The position numbers and the translations under genes are program-made. From contig JBGSJJ010000016.1 of NCBI GenBank assembly GCA_041742075.1, forward strand, positions 19,128 to 83,127: 64,000 nt of DNA, written 5' to 3'. Of the stretch, positions 18,948 through 29,090 are shown piece by piece. Origin of the DNA: Minisyncoccia bacterium (GTDB lineage Bacteria; Patescibacteriota; Minisyncoccia; Phycocordibacterales; UBA918). Below the pieces are notes generated by a model. That model saw only the letters and a program-made list of their open reading frames with translations. It did not search any database and was not told where the DNA came from. Positions within the stretch are counted from its first letter, which is position 1. Each line of letters opens with the position of its first letter.

Positions 18948-19274
18948 ATGGAATTTCTGCGGAATACTGAGTGGAACGTCGACAATGTTCTCGGATACGG
19001 GGGCCTGTTGCTTGGGGCGCTTGTGCTACTGGTGTGGGTTGTTCAAGTGAGTCTGAACACCTATATCATCTACAAACTTCCTAAAACGAAAACCTGCTCG
19101 TGTGGGAAGTATCTGTCAGCAAGCTGGATTCAAATTAGACTTAACCGCCCTTATCTAGAGTGTCCTTGCGGAAACGCCGGCTACCGAAATGAACGCGAAG
19201 GAGTCCTCACCGGCTCCGCCTGGCATGACGTCAAGCAGAAGAATCAGCCGGCTCGAAGCGGGTTCCCGGGGTAG
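18948..19274 (+). CDS. Small membrane protein with C-terminal Zn-ribbon-like CxCG...CPCG
   Basis: TTGACT-17-TATAGT at 18881-18909, AAAGGA SD, one TM helix, four Cys, terminator near 19300-19327. Confidence 0.65.
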   Translation: MEFLRNTEWNVDNVLGYGGLLLGALVLLVWVVQVSLNTYIIYKLPKTKTCSCGKYLSASWIQIRLNRPYLECPCGNAGYRNEREGVLTGSAWHDVKQKNQPARSGFPG

Positions 19275-19477
19275 GAACTCTACCAACTTAAGCAGTCGTC
19301 GCGACACTCTCGCGGCGGCTATTTTTTATACAAATAAATATAAGGTCAGAGTATTTGGATGCAAAAAGGTGGAAAGGAGAGGATACATTCATGCACCCTC
19401 TCCTTCCTTGTTGTAAGAACTGTTACTTATAAAGAACTACTGTGTGTCACGCGCGAGCTACGTAGGCCCGCGTGCGA

Positions 19478-20767
19478 TTAATTCTTGCGCTTCCGATCAG
19501 AACGGTTGAGATTAGCCATATCTCTTCCGGTGTTACCCATCATCCGATCAATCGCTTTACGCCGATCGTTGATGTCGCTTTCGCGTGCCCAGGCAGGATT
19601 CTGTCCAGCGAGAAGCGCGTCACGCTCTTTTGGTCCGAACTGCATCTGCGGACGAGGTGTCGGGATAGTACTGGGGGCGCGCATGTCGATTTCCTCGCCA
19701 GCTCTTGGCTCGGTGAGTCGATAGATGCTCGTAGTCACGACAAGCGAACCGCCTGTCGCAATCGAGTCTTTCACGATCCCAGGCAGAAAGTTCACAACAG
19801 GAACTTTATCCAGGCCATTTCTGATGACTCGGAACGCGACCGTACCAGCGGTTACTGAAAGTGGAATGCGCTTCGACAGTTCTCGTCCATAGCCGTCGAA
19901 GGTACCCTTTTCTCCCGTTTCTACGACCGGCATATTGTCCGGCCGAGGTTTTGGACGGTCAATGATTTCAGGTCCCCCCACGTAGTAGTCGCCGAGAAAT
20001 GCCTTACGTGGGAGTGGTCTCGGTACGCTATCGATCGTGGCTTGACTGGTGGGTCGTGGTCGAGGACCGCCGGCCGAAAGGACATCGGACAAGTATCGGT
20101 CTACCTCACCAGCTAGCTCCGGAGACCAACTAACGTTTCTGAAGGAACTAACTGGTCTGGCCAAGGGACCATTACCCCCGTCTGACACGACCGGACGAGA
20201 ACGTGGACCATTACCCTCGTCGGTTAAACGGGGTAGGTCTGCCGGACGAGCCATTGGTCCATCGTCACCATCACCAAACGAAAGTAACGGCAGGTTGTCC
20301 GGCCGTGGCATTGGCCCTCCTGCTGACAAGTCACGGTCAGCTTGAGCGGTATTCACTAGATAGTCGGCGATGTCGTTTTTGAGCCCGGCCGGTAGGCCGT
20401 TCGAGTTGTCGCTTCCTAAAGCGCCCGAGTAGCTCAAGTCCGGCAGGTTGTCCGGCCGTGGCATTGGCCCACCAACACCGCTCAGACCCAATCTGGGACC
20501 GTTCGAGTTGTCGGCTCCTGAAGCCCCAGAGTAGTGATTGTCGGGGCGCGGTTCTGGTGGGTCAGAGTATTGGACTGCTCCGGAGTTGGTTTCAGAGTTG
20601 TCGGCTCCTGAAGCCCCAGAGTAGTGATTGTCGGGGCGCGGTTCTGGTGGGTCAGAGTATTGGACTGCCCCACCTTGGGCGAACGCTGGGCTGTAGATTA
20701 AGTCCGGCGTGAGCATGCTTGCAATCAAAACTGCGATCGCAAGTATGAGAGGTAATCTTAGTCTCAT
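19478..20767 (-). CDS. Secreted low-complexity repeat protein rich in PxPRP motifs
   Basis: Signal peptide ending AFA, AAAGGGAAG SD, internal repeats. Confidence 0.8.
   Translation of the reverse strand: MRLRLPLILAIAVLIASMLTPDLIYSPAFAQGGAVQYSDPPEPRPDNHYSGASGADNSETNSGAVQYSDPPEPRPDNHYSGASGADNSNGPRLGLSGVGGPMPRPDNLPDLSYSGALGSDNSNGLPAGLKNDIADYLVNTAQADRDLSAGGPMPRPDNLPLLSFGDGDDGPMARPADLPRLTDEGNGPRSRPVVSDGGNGPLARPVSSFRNVSWSPELAGEVDRYLSDVLSAGGPRPRPTSQATIDSVPRPLPRKAFLGDYYVGGPEIIDRPKPRPDNMPVVETGEKGTFDGYGRELSKRIPLSVTAGTVAFRVIRNGLDKVPVVNFLPGIVKDSIATGGSLVVTTSIYRLTEPRAGEEIDMRAPSTIPTPRPQMQFGPKERDALLAGQNPAWARESDINDRRKAIDRMMGNTGRDMANLNRSDRKRKN
20505..20668. repeat. Intragenic tandem repeat: two identical 74-bp blocks at a 90-bp period
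   Basis: 20505-20578 equals 20595-20668; encodes GAVQYSDPPEPRPDNHYSGASGADNS twice. A 30-bp repeat also occurs at 20288-20317 and 20441-20470. Confidence 0.95.
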
Positions 20768-21169
20768 GCGTCTTCCCTTTCTAGTGCGCCTACAAGGCGC
20801 TGAGCTTACTGTTCAGTAGACCAGTCGTTGATTGAACACTTGACCGCTCTACGTGCTTTCATGCTCAGAATTCTTCAACTCTCCTTCTTGTTTGTGTAGC
20901 GGTAGATTTCATTTGATTGAATCCACCTTTTTATTTCCAAATTATTGTCAAAGGACTGATGAGTCTTTTACTTCTACAAACCGAGCGTAAACTTTGGTTA
21001 TAACTATAGATGTTTCGAGACTACGAGGACTAAAAATTCTTTGACACTATAGCCTAATTTATTAAAAAAGGTCTGACTATTTAGGTTTTAGGACAGTTTT
21101 GCAAAGGCGTCAAAAGTGTGTTCGTATATAAAAAAAAGGGGGGGGGCGATTGCTCGCTCCCCCGTTTCG

Positions 21170-21403
21170 TCAGTTTTCGTTCGGTTCGGTGATGATGGTG
21201 AAATCCTTCGGTCGGGGCCTCGGTCTGCCCGGCAGCCACGTCGCACAGACGTACGGTGCGTCTTCTTCGAGGCGATTTGGGTCTTCTAGCTCCGCCGTGA
21301 AGACCTTTTCCGAATTCGGACAGGCTTCGTCCGCCCAGCTGTAGCTGGCCGTCATGGCGGTGAACGCCAATATGGCCAGTCCCACGTAGCTCGCTCTTTG
21401 CAT
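21170..21403 (-). CDS. Small secreted protein with two Cys and PRPRP motif
   Basis: GAAGGA SD, signal peptide (SWA), TTGACA upstream, terminator near 21128-21167. Confidence 0.7.
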   Translation of the reverse strand: MQRASYVGLAILAFTAMTASYSWADEACPNSEKVFTAELEDPNRLEEDAPYVCATWLPGRPRPRPKDFTIITEPNEN

Positions 21404-21549
21404 TGTGGTAGTCCTTCGGTTGCTAAAACTAGTGGTACCGTACCGTATAGAAAATATTTTGTCAACAACGTCAGTATAAAAAAAGAGGCGCGCTCAGGAG
21501 GGACTGGTGTCCCGCCTTTGCGCGCCTCGCTTTGCCGGGCGTTCTTGCC

Positions 21550-22062
21550 CTAGTTGTGGTAGCCCTGGTTCCTGAGGAGCGTGCTCAGATCCCTCTTCAG
21601 TTCGTTCGGGACCGACAGCTGTCTCGGCGGGAGATTCCGACTGGATGGGGTGACGCCACCTCTGATGTCCATCCGGTTGTCGATTCGGTTGGTGGTTTGC
21701 GGTTTGACGTCGAAGTGGTATTCCGTGCCGTCCTGCGACTCGGCAGTGATTTTTCCTCCCCAAATGTTCACGGCCGTAAGGGAAAGGTTTTCCGCGAAAT
21801 CAAGGAGTCTGCCACCGCGCGTCTTACTGACTCCGGTAATCTGCGTGTCGTAATAGCGTGAACCTTTTTCCTTGAATTGAGCGTCGAAGTAGGTCGTCCC
21901 TTCCCCGCTGTTGTAGGAAAACGTGAACGACTCGTAGACCGTTCCGTCAGCGGTCACGTGTTCCTCGACCTCGACTTGAGGTCCTTTTTTCTCGCACCCA
22001 GCGAATAGGCTGAGGCCGACGCCACCGACACTGAGTCGAATAAATCCACGTCTGTTCATCAC
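21550..22062 (-). CDS. Putative lipoprotein with twin-arginine-like signal
   Basis: MNRRGFI...LSLFAG|C lipobox; GAGGAG SD. Confidence 0.75.
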   Translation of the reverse strand: MMNRRGFIRLSVGGVGLSLFAGCEKKGPQVEVEEHVTADGTVYESFTFSYNSGEGTTYFDAQFKEKGSRYYDTQITGVSKTRGGRLLDFAENLSLTAVNIWGGKITAESQDGTEYHFDVKPQTTNRIDNRMDIRGGVTPSSRNLPPRQLSVPNELKRDLSTLLRNQGYHN

Positions 22063-22204
22063 GTTCTCCTCTTGGATGAGTCTCCACTCTTGATGGGCGG
22101 AGGTTAAGATCAGTTGAACAAGGTAACGACACTTTCATACCATATATTTATAAAAAAAGCAAGGCCCCCGGAGTGTTCCGAGGGCCAGGGTTAGATTGTA
22201 TCGA

Positions 22205-22843
22205 TTAGCTTCCGAGTCGTGCGTTGAACTCCTTCTGGATTTGGATAAAGGTGTTTGAGCCACTTGCACTGCCCCACTCGGTGGCGGAGTAGGCCAGGTA
22301 TCCGTTACGTTTGGCCTCGTCCTTATCGACTTCGATTCCGAAGCCAGCTTCCCCGACGCGCGCCATGCCGACACTGGCTTTGTCGCCCATGGCGGTCAGT
22401 CCGGTCATATCGGTAACGCTCGCTTCTAGTTGGAACCGACGGTCGGGATTGCCATTTCGAGGCTGTTCGTACCGGGTCAAGAAGGCCATCTGGTCACCTG
22501 AGAACAGCGAAGCTTCGCCGTTACGCGCTCGGGCCTCTCGACTAGCACCCATCACCATCGCCAGCTGTGCGGTGAACTTGGTCGGTTTATCCCTGCCAGT
22601 GAAGGCACTGGTATTGTTTTCGAAAGCCACGCTGCTCTCGTTCCTGAACAGCTTACCGGCGTGATCGAGAAGCTCGCTCCCGGCGCTCCCTCCCATAGTG
22701 AACTTGATTTCCCGCATTTCCATGGGCTTATGGAGCGGAGCGAACTGCACCTGCGCCGAGGCGCCGGTGGCGAAGAAAGCGAGGGTGGCGAGCAGTGCCA
22801 GTTGTGCCAGTCTGTGGCCGGCTTGCGTAAAGAACTTTATCAT
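22205..22843 (-). CDS. Hypothetical secreted protein
   Basis: GGAGGGG SD before ATG 22843; signal peptide ending ASA; terminator near 22150-22190. Confidence 0.75.
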   Translation of the reverse strand: MIKFFTQAGHRLAQLALLATLAFFATGASAQVQFAPLHKPMEMREIKFTMGGSAGSELLDHAGKLFRNESSVAFENNTSAFTGRDKPTKFTAQLAMVMGASREARARNGEASLFSGDQMAFLTRYEQPRNGNPDRRFQLEASVTDMTGLTAMGDKASVGMARVGEAGFGIEVDKDEAKRNGYLAYSATEWGSASGSNTFIQIQKEFNARLGS

Positions 22844-23031
22844 CTTTCCCCTCCAAGGGTGAGATTTACTACCGCAAAAGTCATCTCCTGCGGTGCCATA
22901 GTTCTTGCTTGGCGTTCTTAACCTACCTTCTTGAGCGGAGTGACGCAACCTTGACAGAGAGTATTCTTATTGTATTTTACTAGCTTCAAACTTACATTGA
23001 AACACTAATTGTCGAGCAAAATCAATGAAAG

Positions 23032-24468
23032 TTAGAGCTGTTCAATATACCTAACGAGCAAACGCACCGGTTCACCGGTTGAACCTTTAGCGAGTTTATC
23101 TGCCGGGACACTGTCCATACGGGGAGCGATGTCGATGTGGGCGAAGGGTACGTCTTTTGGAGCGAAGTGTGAGAGAAAAGTTCCGCCTTCAATTGCGCCA
23201 CCATACTTCGCAAAATTAGTAGCGATATTACTAATGTCAGCGCGGTTACTCTTCAGGGCTGTTTTATATTCATCCCAGAGTGGTAGTGGCCACAGAAAAT
23301 CGCCTGAGGCTACCCCCGCTTCCATGAGTTCGGCTGACAGATTATAATCCTTAGTCATAACAGCGCTCGCGTATTGTCCAAGTGCGACAAGAGCTGCTCC
23401 AGTTAACGTGGCCACGTCGATGATAGTCTTTGGGTAGTATCGTGCGCTATAGGTAAGGGCATCAGCCAAAATCATTCGACCTTCCGCGTCAGTATGGAGC
23501 ACCTCGATAGTAGTACCGCTCATGGAGGTCACAATGTCGCCTGCCCGCATAGCAGTGTCTGAGATAGCGTTTTCAGCTGAAGGTACTAAGGCAATGATGT
23601 TTTGCTTCACCCCGAGTTTGGCTAGGCACATGATAGTTGCGAGCACACTTGATCCACCTGACATATCGAGATGCATGTCGTGCATCGAGCCAGCCGGCTT
23701 TACGTTGAGTCCACCGGTGTCATACGTGACGCCTTTCCCGATAAGTACAATCGGCTGTTTCTTCTTGTCTACTTTCGTTCCGGTTGGCTTGCCAGCACCG
23801 TAGTATTCGGCCACAATAAATTTAGTTTCACTTTTAGTCCCCTGCCCGACTGCCAAAAGAGCACCCATCTTAAGTTTTTTAAGTTCACTCTCACCTAGCA
23901 CTTTTACACTGACGGGAAGTCCCTTCGCTAAAGCTTGCGCTGACCTCCCGAGGTCAGTTGGGGTCATATCGCACCCTGGTGTATTCGCGATATCGCGCGC
24001 TTTGTTTACGTACGTAGCCACCGTTTCGCCATGTTTGATTCCCGCTAAGGCCTCTTTCCCATCGACATGACACACCAGTACTTCTGTTAGACTTTTCTTT
24101 TTCTCAACTTTTGATTTATACGTTGTGTATTCGTAACTAGCCAACAGCAGGTTTTCGGTGAGCGTAGAATAAAACCAAGCTGTATCATTGGTGGCAAATT
24201 GCTCCGGATGTACGTCGATAGCGAGGTGCTCAATTTCGTAGGATTTAGCTACCTGCACGATACTTCTAATGAGCGTTTGCAGGTCACGCGTATACGCATG
24301 AGCAGTAGCTAGTTTCCACTTTGTACCCCGACCAAAGCGGAGTTCGGTGGTTTTGTCACTGTTTTCAACCAAGCGGTGCCAGCTTGATGCTTGGTCGGTG
24401 AATACTAAACGGGTGTACTTTGGGAGAACGTCAGAGAGAGGCTTCTTGGTGGTGGTGATTTTTAACAT
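23032..24468 (-). CDS. pepA: Leucyl aminopeptidase (M17)
   Basis: IGKGVTYDTGG, DMSGG, HTDAEGRMILADAL, HIDIA. Confidence 0.93.
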   Translation of the reverse strand: MLKITTTKKPLSDVLPKYTRLVFTDQASSWHRLVENSDKTTELRFGRGTKWKLATAHAYTRDLQTLIRSIVQVAKSYEIEHLAIDVHPEQFATNDTAWFYSTLTENLLLASYEYTTYKSKVEKKKSLTEVLVCHVDGKEALAGIKHGETVATYVNKARDIANTPGCDMTPTDLGRSAQALAKGLPVSVKVLGESELKKLKMGALLAVGQGTKSETKFIVAEYYGAGKPTGTKVDKKKQPIVLIGKGVTYDTGGLNVKPAGSMHDMHLDMSGGSSVLATIMCLAKLGVKQNIIALVPSAENAISDTAMRAGDIVTSMSGTTIEVLHTDAEGRMILADALTYSARYYPKTIIDVATLTGAALVALGQYASAVMTKDYNLSAELMEAGVASGDFLWPLPLWDEYKTALKSNRADISNIATNFAKYGGAIEGGTFLSHFAPKDVPFAHIDIAPRMDSVPADKLAKGSTGEPVRLLVRYIEQL

Positions 24469-24489
24469 AATAAAAGAAGTATAGCAGAA

Positions 24490-24531
24490 ATGAAATCTGC
24501 CCAGAAACCTTCGGTTTCTGGGCAGATTCAT
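24490..24531. terminator. Long hairpin downstream of aspS
   Basis: AATCTGCCCAGAAACC-TTC-GGTTTCTGGGCAGATT. Confidence 0.65.
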
Positions 24532-24551
24532 CTAGTACGTGTTTTGGCAGT

Positions 24552-25913
24552 TTAGAGTTCGGCCTCGTCACTACTTTCTTTGGAGGTTAAGGTGTCGATG
24601 CGGTTGATGTCGCGAGGGAAAAGCGTGGCTTCTTTGACGTTTGTGATACCACAGAACTTCTGCGTTAAGCGCTCAAGACCCATCCCCCACCCTCCGTGTG
24701 GTGGCATGCCGTAGGAAAAGGCTTGGAGGTAAAATGAGAATTGCTCGGGGTTTAAACCTTTTGCTTTAATGCGCTCTATCAACTCAGCTTTATGGTGGAC
24801 ACGTTGACCACCGGTCGTTATTTCGACACCACGGAAGAGGAGGTCAAAGCTCTTCGTGAAGCCAGGGTCGGCTTCGTCTTCGTAAGTATAGAAAGGCCGT
24901 TTTGAAACTGGGTAGTGTGTAATGAAGATGAAGTCACTACTGAGCTCCGACTTCGCATACTCACACAGCCACCGTTCGTCTTCCGGCTCGAGGTCGGGTT
25001 CATTGGTCTTATCTACACCAGTTTTATCTTTAATAAGTGCTTGCGCTTCCCGTAGCTTCATATGAGGAAACAAGAACTCGTCGGTACCAGTCTCCGGAAG
25101 TTCCACTTTGAGTATCGTGAGTTCGCTTTCACACGTCTCCTTGAGGTGAAGCACAGTAGCTCGCATAAGTGCGGTTTCCATCCGCATGATGTCAGTGTGG
25201 TCAGTAATAAAGCCCATCTCAGCATCAAGTGAGGTGTATTCACTTAAATGTCTCGTGGTAGCGCTTTTCTCAGCTCGAAAGGCGGTTGCAAAAGAAAAGA
25301 CGCGTTCAAAACTGCCGACCATAATTTGCTTATAAAACTGAGGACTGGAAGCTAGATAGGCAGTTTTCTTTTTGAAGTATGGTACCGCAAACACCGCTGC
25401 TCCACCTTCAGCATCCCCGCCGACGAGTTTTGGAGCTTGGAACTCGGTAAAATCTTGACTGCGGAGAAATCTTCCATACGCGTTTACGATTTCACTTTGA
25501 ATTTTGAAAATTGCTCGTTCGCGCTCAGTCCGAAGTGTCAGTGGTCGATAATCAAGAAGAGTTTCAAGGTTGAGGTCAGTCTCTAAGTCAAACGGCATGC
25601 TTTCCGCTTCGCTAAGAACTTCAATTGCTGTAATCTCAAGTTCGATATCTCCGTTTTGTACACCTTCCTTACGCATTTTTTCGGGACGCTCATTTACCAC
25701 TCCGGTTACACTTACGACATACTCTTGTTTAAGTGTCTTAGCCACTTCCAGTACCTCTGGCTTACCAAAGACGACACCTTGCACTTTGCCCGAGCGGTCA
25801 CGGAAGTCAAAGAAGGCCAATTTTCCTTGGTCGCGCGCTACGTCAACCCAGCCACTAATAGTAACGCTCGCGCCAACGTGTTTCTTGAGGTCAGTAATAA
25901 TTGTTCGTGACAT
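24552..25913 (-). CDS. aspS: Aspartate--tRNA(Asp/Asn) ligase, archaeal-type non-discriminating
   Basis: OB-fold N-terminus, SPQFYKQ, FRAEKS..RHLSE, GMPPHGGWGMGLER; short, with no GAD insert. Confidence 0.9.
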   Translation of the reverse strand: MSRTIITDLKKHVGASVTISGWVDVARDQGKLAFFDFRDRSGKVQGVVFGKPEVLEVAKTLKQEYVVSVTGVVNERPEKMRKEGVQNGDIELEITAIEVLSEAESMPFDLETDLNLETLLDYRPLTLRTERERAIFKIQSEIVNAYGRFLRSQDFTEFQAPKLVGGDAEGGAAVFAVPYFKKKTAYLASSPQFYKQIMVGSFERVFSFATAFRAEKSATTRHLSEYTSLDAEMGFITDHTDIMRMETALMRATVLHLKETCESELTILKVELPETGTDEFLFPHMKLREAQALIKDKTGVDKTNEPDLEPEDERWLCEYAKSELSSDFIFITHYPVSKRPFYTYEDEADPGFTKSFDLLFRGVEITTGGQRVHHKAELIERIKAKGLNPEQFSFYLQAFSYGMPPHGGWGMGLERLTQKFCGITNVKEATLFPRDINRIDTLTSKESSDEAEL

Positions 25914-25932
25914 ACCGTTATAATTACAATTT

Positions 25933-26244
25933 TTAACTAGTCACTTTTTCTTCAATGAGAATAAAAGTTTCCTTCATGGCGTTTGAACCCAACGTGACGG
26001 TACAAAAATCACCGAAATCTTCTTGTAGCTGCGCTTCTAAAGTATTTTTTAAGTCAACATGATCAAGCCTGCGACCCTCCAGCATAATTTTGCTGTCTTC
26101 TTCTTCAATACCCGTAACATTGATTCTGATACCAAGTTCATCCATAAATGCCCGGTCTGGTTCCTCTCTAAAGAGATCAAGCATGTACGTATAAACCCGT
26201 TGCATAGATGGCTGTTCATGTGTTGAAGGAAATTCTTGACTCAT
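25933..26244 (-). CDS. Hypothetical protein
   Basis: 103-aa ORF tightly packed between trpS and aspS. Confidence 0.7.
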   Translation of the reverse strand: MSQEFPSTHEQPSMQRVYTYMLDLFREEPDRAFMDELGIRINVTGIEEEDSKIMLEGRRLDHVDLKNTLEAQLQEDFGDFCTVTLGSNAMKETFILIEEKVTS

Positions 26245-26262
26245 AGAAAATATCTTAAATGA

Positions 26263-27213
26263 TTATAAATTGATACCGATAACATCGCGTACCTGCTTCA
26301 TGGTTGTGTTTGAAATTGCTTGGGCTTTTTCTGCACCACTTTTTAGCACACTACGCACGACCTCATCAGTAATACTTGCTCGTTTGTCGCGCATCTCACT
26401 CACAAATATATCGATATCGTGGGTAAGGGCGTCTTTGAGGGCTTTGTATTTTCCAGATTGTTCTGTATAGAGCGGTTCGAGTTCAGACTCAGACTTAAAT
26501 AGTTTGTGAATTGCGTACACGTTTTCTGGATGCTGTCCGGATGAGTCAGTCACGATACTCATGACTGCTTTTTGAATGTCGTCTTTGGTACCAAACAGTG
26601 GAATGGTGTTTTTGTAGCTCTTACTCATCTTCTGACCATCTGTGCCAGGCACAACACCAACAGTCTTCTCTATGAGTTCTTTTGGTTCTTTAAGAGTGTT
26701 TCCGTAGGCTAGGTTGAACTTATTGGCTGCCTCCCTGGTGTACTCAAGGTGTTGGCGCTGGTCTTCCCCGACTGGGACGACGTCAGCGTTATAGAGGAGA
26801 ATGTCTGAGGCCATCAGCATCGGGTAGGTAAAGAGTCCCGCGTTGGCTTCAAGACCTTTTGCCACCTTGTCTTTATAGGCATGTCCAAGTTCGAGAAACT
26901 TAACCGTTACTAAGCAGTTAAGTATCCACGCGAGTTCTGTGTGGTCAGGGTTGTCTGACTGACGGAAAATAGTGATGGTATCTGGATTAAAGCCAGCCGC
27001 TAGGTAGTCGCGTACGATGTTTAACGTATTGGTACGTAGGTCTTCCCCACTCCGGACTGAAGTAAGAGCATGATAGTCGGCTACCATGAGCATGGTGTCA
27101 TAGTTTTTTGTGAGGTCCCTAAGGGGGAGCATGGCGCCAAAGTAGTTACCAATATGGAGCGTGCCCGAGGGCTGTAGTCCAGTAAATGCACGCAATTTTT
27201 TAGCTTCTTCCAT
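26263..27213 (-). CDS. trpS: Tryptophan--tRNA ligase
   Basis: GLQPSG.LHIGNYFG, YPMLMASDIL, VPVGEDQ.QH, KMSKS. Confidence 0.97.
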   Translation of the reverse strand: MEEAKKLRAFTGLQPSGTLHIGNYFGAMLPLRDLTKNYDTMLMVADYHALTSVRSGEDLRTNTLNIVRDYLAAGFNPDTITIFRQSDNPDHTELAWILNCLVTVKFLELGHAYKDKVAKGLEANAGLFTYPMLMASDILLYNADVVPVGEDQRQHLEYTREAANKFNLAYGNTLKEPKELIEKTVGVVPGTDGQKMSKSYKNTIPLFGTKDDIQKAVMSIVTDSSGQHPENVYAIHKLFKSESELEPLYTEQSGKYKALKDALTHDIDIFVSEMRDKRASITDEVVRSVLKSGAEKAQAISNTTMKQVRDVIGINL

Positions 27214-27251
27214 AGGCTAGAATAGTAGCAAAAAAGTACTTCTTTCGCTAC

Positions 27252-28928
27252 TTATGATTTGAGCGGTAAATTAAGGATAAAGGTAGACCCCTTACCGTTT
27301 CCGCTTGACTCAGCCCTCACGTCGCCACCCATCGCAAGTGCCATGGTGCGTGCAACATACAGCCCCAAACCAGTTCCCTGGGTGTTTAGTTTGTTGGCGT
27401 CTTTAGCTCGAACAAATTTTCCAAAAAGTTTGGGCATTGTTTCAGAATCAATTCCTACGCCACTGTCAATTACGTCGACGAAAATAGATTTTGTTTCAAG
27501 ATTATCGTGTAGGCGCACGAAAATCGTACCTGCGGGAGTGTATTTAATCGCATTACTCATGAGATTTAAAATAATCTGATTTGTTTTTCCGACATCGGCG
27601 TGCGTCATACCTGTTCCGTGAAGTACACATTCAAAATCACATGATAAGCCTTTTGCCTCGACTTGTGGTGTCATGTCTTTCAGAATTCTTTCGACTTCTA
27701 CCTTTAAGTCAAAGTCAGTTATGTCAAATTTCATATTTCCGGATTCGATTCGAGAAACATTCAAATAGTCCTCAATAGATGAGGCCATAATTTTACTCGC
27801 AGCGTGAATATGGTCGACTGGTTCCCGTACATGCGCAGGGACTTCACCAAACGTTCCATCGAGAATGCTTGATGCATATGTACGGATAATAGTGAGTGGA
27901 CTGCGGAGTTGGTGTGAGGCTATCGAAACAAACTCATCTTTAAGTTTATCGACGTTTTTAAGTCGTATATTGAGGAGTGCTAAGTTTTCAGCAAGCTGTT
28001 CGTTTTCTATCCTCCCTGCCACTTCATGTCGGACAGTCCTGATTTGAATATAGCCTGTTATCAGGGTAAATATAAACGTAAAAACGACGATAGTATGAAT
28101 ATTGTTTAGGTTATTTATGAATAGTAATGAAACTATAAGTATAAGTTGACCCGTCACGAGTACGTCGGTACTGATGATCTTGTTATTGAAGGTTTTAAAC
28201 CTTAGCATTTGGTAGGCCATTATTACTATAAAGATGGGCATACCAAAGAGACCCCACTGACTTAATTCCCACTCAGTGTTGAAACTTCCTAAAATACTAC
28301 CAAGGGAAAATAAGAGTAAGAACGCTACTATGCCAATACTCGATAGGATGACTTCTCGTTTGTGAGTTAGGTCTTTAATTTTTGGCGCTTTGTAAAAAGC
28401 ATACGCTGTAATCCAAAGAATGATCAGAATATCAAGGGCGTAGACATAATATTGCCAGAGTGGCCCTTCAACGGCGTTTCTGAGACAATCGGTGAAGTCA
28501 AATGCCACTAGATTAAACGGTGTATGAGCAAATAAAAAAATTGGGGTACAGAGTATAAAAATAATACCGTCTCCCCACCAGGGTGGGTTATGTTTATTGA
28601 TGAGTACATAAGTAAAATATACTGCACCGATGTGTAGTAAGACGTCGAAGTAAATCAACGTCGACCAGGCAAACATCACTATCTCAGGTACCGGTGTCGC
28701 CCAGACGACTAAGTCAAACAAGCACCATACGGTAAAGATAACTGCAATGAAGACTAACCACCAACTTGCCAGATTTCTATGGTTGTTAACCAACACGTAT
28801 ACCGTAAGTACCAAAGCAACCAGTGGTGGTAACAGATGTGAATAATATAAAAAGCCAGTTACTTGTGGTGAAATAATAAAGAAGGTGCTAGGTAGCCACT
28901 CACAGATTGAGGTGTCAATTACATTCAT
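27252..28928 (-). CDS. Sensor histidine kinase with N-terminal multi-TM (HisKA_7TM-like) domain
   Basis: About 8-9 TM helices, SIASHQLRSPL H-box, NLMSNAIKY, DSGVG, GTGLGL. Confidence 0.92.
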   Translation of the reverse strand: MNVIDTSICEWLPSTFFIISPQVTGFLYYSHLLPPLVALVLTVYVLVNNHRNLASWWLVFIAVIFTVWCLFDLVVWATPVPEIVMFAWSTLIYFDVLLHIGAVYFTYVLINKHNPPWWGDGIIFILCTPIFLFAHTPFNLVAFDFTDCLRNAVEGPLWQYYVYALDILIILWITAYAFYKAPKIKDLTHKREVILSSIGIVAFLLLFSLGSILGSFNTEWELSQWGLFGMPIFIVIMAYQMLRFKTFNNKIISTDVLVTGQLILIVSLLFINNLNNIHTIVVFTFIFTLITGYIQIRTVRHEVAGRIENEQLAENLALLNIRLKNVDKLKDEFVSIASHQLRSPLTIIRTYASSILDGTFGEVPAHVREPVDHIHAASKIMASSIEDYLNVSRIESGNMKFDITDFDLKVEVERILKDMTPQVEAKGLSCDFECVLHGTGMTHADVGKTNQIILNLMSNAIKYTPAGTIFVRLHDNLETKSIFVDVIDSGVGIDSETMPKLFGKFVRAKDANKLNTQGTGLGLYVARTMALAMGGDVRAESSGNGKGSTFILNLPLKS

Positions 28929-29090
28929 ACACTATTTTGCTGACTCACTGGTTGATGGACCAGTCGGGTTAGTAAGGACGCTAAAGTCTTTTTTTACAAC
29001 CATGACTATATAAATGCAACTTATAGAAAGCATCATCATGCAAACAAAAGCAATTTTTATGCACGTAGCGAGTGATGGATTCATATAGTC

